Assembly: GCA_963766175.1 (NCBI GenBank)
Contig: CAVXZE010000021.1
Location: 64,363-128,362, forward strand
Source of the DNA: an uncultured delta proteobacterium
GTDB taxonomy: Bacteria; Myxococcota_A; UBA9160; UBA6930
Direction: 5' to 3'
Length of the DNA stretch: 64,000 nucleotides
The notes beneath the pieces are model-generated. The model saw nothing but the letters and a program-made list of their open reading frames with translations, was not told the DNA's origin and did no database searches. Below, piece by piece: positions 52,080 to 60,325 of the stretch (positions within the stretch are counted from its first letter, which is position 1; each line of letters starts with the position of its first letter). The translations under genes and the position numbers were made by a program.

Positions 52080-54916
52080 ACCGCAACCCAGCCGGAGCCT
52101 CCATATCTGAAGGGGAGAACCCTGACCGGTAGAGGAGAACGGTGGTGGCGGGACCTTCTGGAGCGTGGGCGAATCGGTATCGCGAGAAGTGGACCTGGGA
52201 CAAGGTGACCTTCGGTGGCCACTCGGTGGACTGCTATCCGGGCGGCTGCTCGTGGCGCGTCTACACCAAGGGCGACAAGATCGTCCGCGAGGAGCAATCC
52301 GCCCTGTGGAGCCCGACCGAGCCCGGAGTGCCCGACCTGAACCCGATGGGGTGCCAGAAAGGCGCGTGCTGGAGCCACTGCCACTACTCGCCCGACCGCG
52401 TGACCGAGCCCCTCAAGCGGGTCGGTGAGCGGGGCAAGGGACAGTTCGAGGCGGTCTCCTGGGACGAGGCGCTGGGCGACATCGCCGACGCCATGCTCGA
52501 CGCCATCGAGGACCAGGGTGTGGAATCGATCATCACCCCGCTCACACCCGAGGTCGGGGCGGGACCGGCCCGCCAACACACCTATATGTTGGGCACGCCG
52601 ACCACCGATGGCAACGCGGAGTTCCAGGACTTCAGTCCGGGCTGGCACATCACCTGGGGTCTCTACAACCCGACTGCGAGCATGGACGACTGGTTCCTGG
52701 CGGAGCTGACGCTGATCTGGCACGCGAACCCGGTCTACACCAACATCCAGTGGTACCACTTCGTAGCCGAGTCCCGATACAACGGCGGCGAGGTGGTGAC
52801 GATCGCCCCGGATTACAGCCCCTCGGCGATTCACGCGGACAACCACCAGCCGATCCGGATCGGCACCGATGCGGCGCTGGCGCTGGCGATGTGCAAGGTG
52901 ATCATCGACGCCGGCTTGTACAAGAAGCAGTTCGTGCAGGAGCAGACGGATCTCCCGCTGCTGGTGCGCAAGGACAACGGCCGCTTCCTGCGCGGCTCCG
53001 ACGTGGTGGAGGGGGAGCGCGAGGACCAGTTCTACTGGTGGGACACGCTGACCGGGACGCTGACTCCGGCGCCGCGGGGAACGCTCGCGACCACGGGCGC
53101 GGATCCGGCCCTGGAGGGCAGCTACTCGGTGCTGCTCAAGGACATGACGACGGTGGAGGTCGAGCCCGTCTTCGTGCGCCTGCAACGTCACCTGGAGGAC
53201 TACACGCCGGAGAAGGCCGGTGAGATCTGCGGAATCCACCCGGAGAACATCCGCAAGCTGGCGCGGAAGGTGGCGACGCGGAAGACCAAGATCTTCATCG
53301 GCTGGAACTCGGGCAAGTACTACCACGGGGACCTGATGGAGCGCGCGATGGCACTGCTCCTGGGTCTCACCGCCAACTGGGGCAAGAAGGGAACCGGCAC
53401 CCGCTCCTGGGCGGTCATGGGGTGGGACGGCGGCTCCTTCATGAGCCGCAAGGAAGGCCCCGGGCAGGAGGCGGCCCAGAAGCTGATCGCCTCCATGATC
53501 GCGATGAGGCGCCTCGTCAGTGCCCAGGATCCGACCATGACCCCGGAGATGATCCAGAACCGGGTGGCGGAGGAGGCGGGCGAGCTCGGCGGAATGGGGA
53601 TGATGATGCCGCCCGCGTTTCTCTGGTACTACCAGTACGGGTACAAGGAGCGCTGGAACGACCCGGAGAACAACGACCCGACCATGAAGCGCAGCTTCGG
53701 CGAGTACCTGGAGGAGGCGCTGGAGAAAGGCTGGTGGAACCCCTCCAGCAGCAAGCTCTACGAGAAGGTCGAGCCGCGGGTGCTGTTCGAATCCGGCGGC
53801 AACCTGCTGCGCCGTCAGCGGGGCGGACAGAAGCTGCTCCTGAAGCACCTCTGGCCGAAGCTCAAGATGATCGTCTCCTGCGACTACCGGATCACGACGA
53901 CCGGGCTCTATTCGGACTACATCCTTCCGGCCGCCCAGCACTACGAGAAGCTCGGCAACAGCATGCCCTCGGTGCATCACCTGAACTACGTGCTCTGCGA
54001 TCACGCCACTCCGCCGCGCGGCAATTCTCTGCCCGACCAGGAAATCGGTCTTCGCCTGGTCGAGAAGATCGAGGAGCGGGCTGCGGCGCGCGGCATGAAG
54101 GAGTTCACGGACAGCAACGGGACCGTCCGCAGCCTGGTCGGCCTGGTGCACGCCGCCACCCTGGGCGGAGCCGTACGCGACGTGGAGAAGTACCAGGAGG
54201 AGGAAATCAAAGACAGCGCGGTCTACGGGGTCCTGCCCAAGGGGACCACGCTCCAGACGCTGCGCGAGAAGGGCCAGGTGCGGTTCGCCAGCTGGGGAAT
54301 GGTGGGCCACGGCATCTCCCAGGGATCGACCATCCGGCCCGACGAGGTGCACAACCCGCTGCGCTGGCACACCGAGGACAAGGTCCCCTACGACACCCTG
54401 GTCCGGCGCGCCCAGTTCTACATCGACCACGAGTGGTTCCTGGAGGCGGGGGAGGAGCTGGCGACCCACAAGGAGCCGCCGCCTGGACACGGGGGACGAA
54501 ACCGCCGCTTCGAGATGACCAGCGGGCACAACCGCTGGAGCATCCACTCGATGAACCTGACCAACAACATCATCCAGAATACCTACCGGGGCGAGCCCAT
54601 CGTGTTCGTCAACGACAAGGACGCGGCGGAGCTGGGCATCGAGAACGGCGAGCAGGTGAAGCTGGTCAGCGACGTCGGGGACTGCCTGCTCGCTGCCAAG
54701 ATCACCCCGTCCTGCCGGCCGGGTCAGGTGATCCTGTACAACGGCTTCGAGCCCTACATGCACGAGAACTGGTACAGCCAGGCCGACTTGGAGCCCGGAC
54801 ACGTGAAGCACCTGGGCATGGTCGGCAACTACGGACACCTCAAGTACCGCGGCTTCTCGTGGCAACCGATTCCGGCGGACCGGGCGGTGCGGGTGGACCT
54901 GGAGAAGGTCAGCTAG
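52054..54916 (+). repeat. Tandem duplication unit 1 (GH32 5' end + leader + Mo-enzyme gene)
   Basis: The match to unit 2 begins at TCTCCCCGAGACATGACCGTGGTCATACCGCA (52054 vs 54967) and ends at the stop codons. The sequences 3' of the two stops are unrelated. Confidence 0.85.
52142..54916 (+). CDS. Type-II DMSO-reductase-family molybdopterin oxidoreductase catalytic (alpha) subunit, copy 1 (NarG/EbdA/SerA-like)
   Basis: 924 aa from GTG 52142, after GAGGAG. The FS0 motif is H27-x3-C31-x4-C36-x34-C71 (WTWDKVTFGGHSVDCYPGGCSWRVY...NPMGCQKG). The candidate Mo-ligand Asp is in EFQD163F. A C-terminal MGD-binding domain is present (IVFVNDKDAAELGIENGEQVKLV). An in-frame TAG at 52130 excludes a Tat leader. 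Confidence 0.9.
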   Translation: MVAGPSGAWANRYREKWTWDKVTFGGHSVDCYPGGCSWRVYTKGDKIVREEQSALWSPTEPGVPDLNPMGCQKGACWSHCHYSPDRVTEPLKRVGERGKGQFEAVSWDEALGDIADAMLDAIEDQGVESIITPLTPEVGAGPARQHTYMLGTPTTDGNAEFQDFSPGWHITWGLYNPTASMDDWFLAELTLIWHANPVYTNIQWYHFVAESRYNGGEVVTIAPDYSPSAIHADNHQPIRIGTDAALALAMCKVIIDAGLYKKQFVQEQTDLPLLVRKDNGRFLRGSDVVEGEREDQFYWWDTLTGTLTPAPRGTLATTGADPALEGSYSVLLKDMTTVEVEPVFVRLQRHLEDYTPEKAGEICGIHPENIRKLARKVATRKTKIFIGWNSGKYYHGDLMERAMALLLGLTANWGKKGTGTRSWAVMGWDGGSFMSRKEGPGQEAAQKLIASMIAMRRLVSAQDPTMTPEMIQNRVAEEAGELGGMGMMMPPAFLWYYQYGYKERWNDPENNDPTMKRSFGEYLEEALEKGWWNPSSSKLYEKVEPRVLFESGGNLLRRQRGGQKLLLKHLWPKLKMIVSCDYRITTTGLYSDYILPAAQHYEKLGNSMPSVHHLNYVLCDHATPPRGNSLPDQEIGLRLVEKIEERAAARGMKEFTDSNGTVRSLVGLVHAATLGGAVRDVEKYQEEEIKDSAVYGVLPKGTTLQTLREKGQVRFASWGMVGHGISQGSTIRPDEVHNPLRWHTEDKVPYDTLVRRAQFYIDHEWFLEAGEELATHKEPPPGHGGRNRRFEMTSGHNRWSIHSMNLTNNIIQNTYRGEPIVFVNDKDAAELGIENGEQVKLVSDVGDCLLAAKITPSCRPGQVILYNGFEPYMHENWYSQADLEPGHVKHLGMVGNYGHLKYRGFSWQPIPADRAVRVDLEKVS

Positions 54917-54966
54917 CCGAAAGCGCTGTAGATTCGCGGCCCTCGGACCGGAGAACGCCGAGACGG

Positions 54967-57946
54967 TCTCCCCGAGACATGACCGTGGTCATACCGCAGC
55001 CCGGCCAGAGCCCGCATAAAGGGGCGGTAGGACAAACCCTTCCTGTCCGTTCGGACAGGAGAACTCGGATCCGATTGCTCAGCGTGGCGGAGCGATCTGG
55101 CTGTAGGCCTGTGTCGATCGTTCCCGGTCGTCGCGGAGCTGGGCTGTGCGGTTCAGGGCCGGTAGAGGAGAACGGTGGTGGCGGGACCTTCTGGAGCGTG
55201 GGCGAATCGGTATCGCGAGAAGTGGACCTGGGACAAGGTGACCTTCGGTGGCCACTCGGTGGACTGCTATCCGGGCGGCTGCTCGTGGCGCGTCTACACC
55301 AAGGGCGACAAGATCGTCCGCGAGGAGCAATCCGCCCTGTGGAGCCCGACCGAGCCCGGAGTGCCCGACCTGAACCCGATGGGGTGCCAGAAAGGCGCGT
55401 GCTGGAGCCACTGCCACTACTCGCCCGACCGCGTGACCGAGCCCCTCAAGCGGGTCGGTGAGCGGGGCAAGGGACAGTTCGAGGCGGTCTCCTGGGACGA
55501 GGCGCTGGGCGACATCGCCGACGCCATGCTCGACGCCATCGAGGACCAGGGTGTGGAATCGATCATCACCCCGCTCACACCCGAGGTCGGGGCGGGGGCC
55601 GCCCGTTACCACACCTTTACGCTGGGCACGCCGACCACCGATGGCAACGCGGAGTTCCAGGACTTCAGTCCGGGCTGGCACATCACCTGGGGTCTCTACA
55701 ACCCGACTGCGAGCATGGACGACTGGTTCCTGGCGGAGCTGACGCTGATCTGGCACGCGAACCCGGTCTACACCAACATCCAGTGGTACCACTTCGTAGC
55801 CGAGTCCCGATACAACGGCGGCGAGGTGGTGACGATCGCCCCGGATTACAGCCCCTCGGCGATTCACGCGGACAACCACCAGCCGATCCGGATCGGCACC
55901 GATGCGGCGCTGGCGCTGGCGATGTGCAAGGTGATCATCGACGCCGGCTTGTACAAGAAGCAGTTCGTGCAGGAGCAGACGGATCTCCCGCTGCTGGTGC
56001 GCAAGGACAACGGCCGCTTCCTGCGCGGCTCCGACGTGGTGGAGGGGGAGCGCGAGGACCAGTTCTACTGGTGGGACACGCTGACCGGGACGCTGACTCC
56101 GGCGCCGCGGGGAACGCTCGCGACCACGGGCGCGGATCCGGCCCTGGAGGGCAGCTACTCGGTGCTGCTCAAGGACATGACGACGGTGGAGGTCGAGCCC
56201 GTCTTCGTGCGCCTGCAACGTCACCTGGAGGACTACACGCCGGAGAAGGCCGGTGAGATCTGCGGAATCCACCCGGAGAACATCCGCAAGCTGGCGCGGA
56301 AGGTGGCGACGCGGAAGACCAAGATCTTCATCGGCTGGAACTCGGGCAAGTACTACCACGGGGACCTGATGGAGCGCGCGATGGCGCTGCTCCTGGGTCT
56401 CACCGCCAACTGGGGCAAGAAGGGAACAGGCACCCGCTCCTGGGCGATCATGGGGTACGACGGCGGCTCCTTCATGTCCCGCAAGGAGGGCCCCGGGCAG
56501 GAGGCGGCCCAGAAGCTGATCGCCTCCATGATCGCGATGCGGCGTCTGGTCACGGCCCAGGACCCGACCATGACGGCGGAGATGGTCCAGAACCGCGTCG
56601 CGGAGGAGGCGGGCGAGCTCGGCGGAATGGGGATGATGATGCCGCCCGCGTTCCTCTGGTACTACCAGTACGGAATGAAGGAGCGCTGGAACGACCCGGA
56701 GAACAACGACCCGACCATGAAGCGCAGCTTCGGCGAGTACCTGGAGGAGGCGCTGGAGAAAGGCTGGTGGAACCCCTCCAGCAGCAAGATCTACGAAAAG
56801 GTCGAGCCGAGGGTGCTGTTCGAGTCCGGCGGCAACCTGCTGCGCCGTCAGCGGGGTGGGCAGAAGCTACTCCTGAAGCACGTCTGGCCGAAGCTCAAGA
56901 TGATCGTCTCCTGCGACTACCGGATCACGACGACCGGGCTCTATTCGGACTACATCCTTCCGGCCGCCCAGCACTACGAGAAGCTCGGCAACAGCATGCC
57001 CTCGGTGCATCACCTGAACTACGTGCTCTGTGACAAGGCGACCCCGCCGCGCGGCAATTCTCTGCCCGACCGCGAGATCGGCGTTCGCCTGGTCGAGAAG
57101 ATCGAGGAGCGGGCTGCGGCGCGCGGCATGAAGGAGTTCACGGACAGCAAGGGGACCGTCCACGGCCTGGTCGGCCTGGTGCACGCCGCCACCCTGGGCG
57201 GAGCCGTACGCGACACGGACAAGCAGTTCGAGGAGCAGATCGCCGACAGCGCGGTCTACGGGGTCCTGCCCAAGGGGACCACGCTCCAGACGCTGCGCGA
57301 GAAGGGGCAGGTGCGCTTCACCGGCTGGGGAATGGTGGGCCACGGCATCTCCCAGGGATCGACGATCCGGCCCGACGAGGTGCACAACCCGCTGCGCTGG
57401 CACACCGAGGACAAGGTCCCCTACGACACCCTGGTCCGGCGCGCCCAGTTCTACATCGACCACGAGTGGTTCCTGGAGGCGGGAGAGGAGCTGGCGACCC
57501 ACAAGGAGCCGCCCACACACGGCGGGGCCAATCGCCGCTTCGAGATGACCAGCGGACACAACCGCTGGAGCATCCACTCGATGAACCTGACCAACAACAT
57601 CATCCAGAATACCTACCGGGGCGAGCCCATCGTGTTCATCAACGACAAGGACGCGGCGGAGCTGGGCATCGAGAACGGCGAGCAGGTGAAGCTGGTCAGC
57701 AACGTCGGGGACTGCCTGCTCGCCGCAAAGATCACACCGTCTTGCCGGCCGGGCCAGGTGATCCTGTACAACGGCTTCGAGCCCTACATGCACGAGAACT
57801 GGTACAGCCAGGCCGACCTGGAGCCCGGGCACATGAAGCACCTGGGACTGGTCGGCAACTACGGTCACCTCAAGTACCGCGGCTTCTCCTGGCAGCCGAT
57901 TCCGTCGGACCGGGCGGTTCGGGTGGACCTGGAGAAGGTCTCCTAG
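54967..57946 (+). repeat. Tandem duplication unit 2 (with a ~120-nt leader insertion at about 55041-55158)
   Basis: It carries a copy of the first ~26 nt of the GH32 coding sequence (minus strand, MTTVMSRG). The leader diverges and contains an 8-bp hairpin, TCCTGTCC-GTTC-GGACAGGA, at 55041-55060. Confidence 0.85.
55175..57946 (+). CDS. Type-II DMSO-reductase-family molybdopterin oxidoreductase catalytic (alpha) subunit, copy 2
   Basis: 923 aa. It is identical to copy 1 over residues 1-~404 except for four residues at 142-149. About 30 substitutions and one 1-aa indel occur in the C-terminal half. It has the same SD/GTG context. Confidence 0.9.
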   Translation: MVAGPSGAWANRYREKWTWDKVTFGGHSVDCYPGGCSWRVYTKGDKIVREEQSALWSPTEPGVPDLNPMGCQKGACWSHCHYSPDRVTEPLKRVGERGKGQFEAVSWDEALGDIADAMLDAIEDQGVESIITPLTPEVGAGAARYHTFTLGTPTTDGNAEFQDFSPGWHITWGLYNPTASMDDWFLAELTLIWHANPVYTNIQWYHFVAESRYNGGEVVTIAPDYSPSAIHADNHQPIRIGTDAALALAMCKVIIDAGLYKKQFVQEQTDLPLLVRKDNGRFLRGSDVVEGEREDQFYWWDTLTGTLTPAPRGTLATTGADPALEGSYSVLLKDMTTVEVEPVFVRLQRHLEDYTPEKAGEICGIHPENIRKLARKVATRKTKIFIGWNSGKYYHGDLMERAMALLLGLTANWGKKGTGTRSWAIMGYDGGSFMSRKEGPGQEAAQKLIASMIAMRRLVTAQDPTMTAEMVQNRVAEEAGELGGMGMMMPPAFLWYYQYGMKERWNDPENNDPTMKRSFGEYLEEALEKGWWNPSSSKIYEKVEPRVLFESGGNLLRRQRGGQKLLLKHVWPKLKMIVSCDYRITTTGLYSDYILPAAQHYEKLGNSMPSVHHLNYVLCDKATPPRGNSLPDREIGVRLVEKIEERAAARGMKEFTDSKGTVHGLVGLVHAATLGGAVRDTDKQFEEQIADSAVYGVLPKGTTLQTLREKGQVRFTGWGMVGHGISQGSTIRPDEVHNPLRWHTEDKVPYDTLVRRAQFYIDHEWFLEAGEELATHKEPPTHGGANRRFEMTSGHNRWSIHSMNLTNNIIQNTYRGEPIVFINDKDAAELGIENGEQVKLVSNVGDCLLAAKITPSCRPGQVILYNGFEPYMHENWYSQADLEPGHMKHLGLVGNYGHLKYRGFSWQPIPSDRAVRVDLEKVS

Positions 57947-59094
57947 AAGCGGTCGACGGCCCGGGCGACGGGGAGGATCAGCACCCCGGCGCCCAGGCCG
58001 CAGGCGATCACGAAGCCGCCGAGGACCGGGTAGCCCGCATCGGTGACCATCAACCCGGCCGCGCCCGGGCCGATGGCAACCCCCACGGCCGAGATGCCCG
58101 CGGCAGCGGCCGTCCAGCGGCCGAGCGGATCGAGCGCCGCGGCGGTTCCCAACAAATAGGGCAGCGCGAAGAAGAAGGCGATCGCCCAGGCGAGAAGACC
58201 CGCCAGATAGAGTCCAGAGCTTCCCGCGATCACGACCATCCAGGTGGCGACGACGTTGGCCCCGAGTCCCACGGCGAGGAGCATCGGCCGGCCCCCGCGC
58301 GTCCCCACCACCGCGGCGATCACTCCTCCGGCGAGGCCAGCCAGTGTCGTGACGCCCAGAGCCAGGCCGACCTCCTCGCGGGAGAAGCCGACGGTGATTC
58401 CGATGCGCTCGCTGAAGGCCCAGATCGCCCCTTGCCCGACGGAGAAGAGAAAGATCGAAGCGAGAGTGGTGATCCCCAGGAGCCTCCGGCCGGGCAACCC
58501 GCGCAATCCCGCCGCAGTTTTCGGAATCGTCGGAAGCCAGAAGAGGAAGGGAAGGCAGAGAAGTGAGATCACGACGATCGCGCCGAATCCCCCCGAATGG
58601 CCCCACGGCGCGATCGCATAGGGGAGCGCCACCAGGGCTGCCGCGAAGACGAGTCCCCCGAGGACGGTTGCCTGGGCGAAGAGACGGTCGGGGTCCCGCG
58701 CCGACGCGGCAGCGGAGTTGGCGGCGGCGATCGCCGCGCCCTCTCCCAGCCCCGCGACGATCCGAGCGAGCATCAACACCGGGAAGGAATCCACCAGCGC
58801 GGAGAGCCCGTGCCCCGTGCAGGCGGCGATCGCACCGTAGACCGCCAGGTGGCGCCGCGACATACGGTCCACGCGAGGCGCCAGGATCAACGAGGCGGCA
58901 GCGAGCCCGCCGAGCTCGAGGCTCCCGAGAACGCCCGCGCCCACCTCATCCAGACCGAATCCGTCGATCAGCGATCCGATCAGCAGCGGCAGGACATTCT
59001 CGCACGTGTAAGCCACGACGAACGCCGCGACTACGGCCACGATGAGCCGCCGTGAGTCTCGGAGATTCGCCGGCTTCGTGTCCGCGTCGGCCAA
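57943..59094 (-). CDS. MFS transporter
   Basis: It has about 12 TM helices. The start is uncertain: TTG 59094 lies directly after the upstream TAG, whereas the track ATG 59139 would overlap the URO-D gene by 44 nt. It converges on Mo-enzyme copy 2 with a 4-nt overlap. Confidence 0.8.
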   Translation of the reverse strand: MADADTKPANLRDSRRLIVAVVAAFVVAYTCENVLPLLIGSLIDGFGLDEVGAGVLGSLELGGLAAASLILAPRVDRMSRRHLAVYGAIAACTGHGLSALVDSFPVLMLARIVAGLGEGAAIAAANSAAASARDPDRLFAQATVLGGLVFAAALVALPYAIAPWGHSGGFGAIVVISLLCLPFLFWLPTIPKTAAGLRGLPGRRLLGITTLASIFLFSVGQGAIWAFSERIGITVGFSREEVGLALGVTTLAGLAGGVIAAVVGTRGGRPMLLAVGLGANVVATWMVVIAGSSGLYLAGLLAWAIAFFFALPYLLGTAAALDPLGRWTAAAAGISAVGVAIGPGAAGLMVTDAGYPVLGGFVIACGLGAGVLILPVARAVDRF

Positions 59095-59095
59095 G

Positions 59096-60178
59096 CTAGG
59101 CGTAGGCACCGTACTTCTTGGTGGCCTCGAACATGGCAATGCAGTTCTCGGGATCGACCCCGGGATGCAGGGAATTCGAGGAGCAGATGATCAATCCGCC
59201 GCCCTCTCCGGCATCCTCGATCGCCTGGCTGACGGCCGCGTCCACCTCTTCGGGGGTGCCGTGGGGCAGCAGCTCGCGACAGTCGATGTTCCCGAGCAGA
59301 CAGATCCTGTCTCCGCAATACTCCTTGACCCTCTTCAAGTCCATGTCCGCGTGCGGCTCAAGGGGATTGAGCCCGTCGTAGCCGGTCTCCAGCAGGATGT
59401 CGAGCAGCCGCCAGAGATTGCCGTCGCTGTGGCGCACCACCTTGAGCCCCAGCTCCTTGGCGCGCTCGACGAGCTTCCGGTTGTAGGGGCTGACGAACTC
59501 GGCGAAGAAGAGCGGAGAGATCAGAGGTGCCTTGGTCTGAGCGATGTCGTCCTCGATCAACAACACGTCCACCCCCGCCCCTGCGACCAGATCCAGCATC
59601 TGAAGATTGAACTCCAGCGTCATCTGGGCGATGCGATGAACGAAGTCGGGCTCCTCCACCATCATGCACATCAGATTGGCCATTCCCGCCAGGCGCCAGC
59701 TGAGAACGAAGGTCCCGCGCATCATCCAGAACAGGGCGACCTCACCCTTGAAGCGCTCCCGCGCCAGATCGAGAAGCAGAAGGTGCTCCCGCTTCGGGAC
59801 AGGCGAACTGTAGCCGTCGAGCTGCCCCGCCGACTCCAGGGGATGCCCTGTGGGAACCGGGATGCCGTGCGGGTTCCGGGTATAGACGACTCCCCAGTCG
59901 TCCTGCACATGAGCCGGATCGATCTCCCTCTCGTGTCCGATCTCGAAGGCGGTGAATCCGTCGACGCCATACTCCTCGTGGATCAGGAAGAGGGTATCGA
60001 GCAGCTTCGCCTTCTCCTGATCGTTCATTTCGTGGAACTCTTTGGGTTCGGGAAGCCCGTCCGTCAGATGGCGTCCGATCCCGATGATGGGAGCTTCGTT
60101 GATGGCGTGGATGTAGAGGGGGACGCGATCCGGCTGACGAACACTCAGAGCCGTCAGGGTTCTCTCCTTGCCCGTCAT
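59096..60178 (-). CDS. URO-D family protein
   Basis: 360 aa from ATG 60178, with AGGAGG upstream. The N-terminus is MTGKERTLTALSVRQPDRVPLYIH, and RHSDGN replaces H-x-C-G. The upstream 270 codons of track ORF 59096..60988 are junk. Confidence 0.85.
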   Translation of the reverse strand: MTGKERTLTALSVRQPDRVPLYIHAINEAPIIGIGRHLTDGLPEPKEFHEMNDQEKAKLLDTLFLIHEEYGVDGFTAFEIGHEREIDPAHVQDDWGVVYTRNPHGIPVPTGHPLESAGQLDGYSSPVPKREHLLLLDLARERFKGEVALFWMMRGTFVLSWRLAGMANLMCMMVEEPDFVHRIAQMTLEFNLQMLDLVAGAGVDVLLIEDDIAQTKAPLISPLFFAEFVSPYNRKLVERAKELGLKVVRHSDGNLWRLLDILLETGYDGLNPLEPHADMDLKRVKEYCGDRICLLGNIDCRELLPHGTPEEVDAAVSQAIEDAGEGGGLIICSSNSLHPGVDPENCIAMFEATKKYGAYA

Positions 60179-60325
60179 CGATTTCCTCCTGGTCCCGCCA
60201 TTCATTGGGCGCCCCGATTCCAGCCAGCCCACCCAGAATACGTGGCATAATCGGCCTCTGGCAAGGACGGGGGCAATGAGACCGGATCGGCGGCGAGCAA
60301 CTTCCCTGAGAGAGAGGCCGGGCAG

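Noticed and set aside
52054-57946. The possibility that the two Mo-enzyme copies are an assembly artefact, with strain variants placed in tandem.
   Set aside because: This is not fully excluded. However, the junction has unique sequence, a GH32 5' fragment and a distinct leader, and the right flanks differ. That fits a real tandem duplication better. It is flagged for long-read confirmation in the findings.
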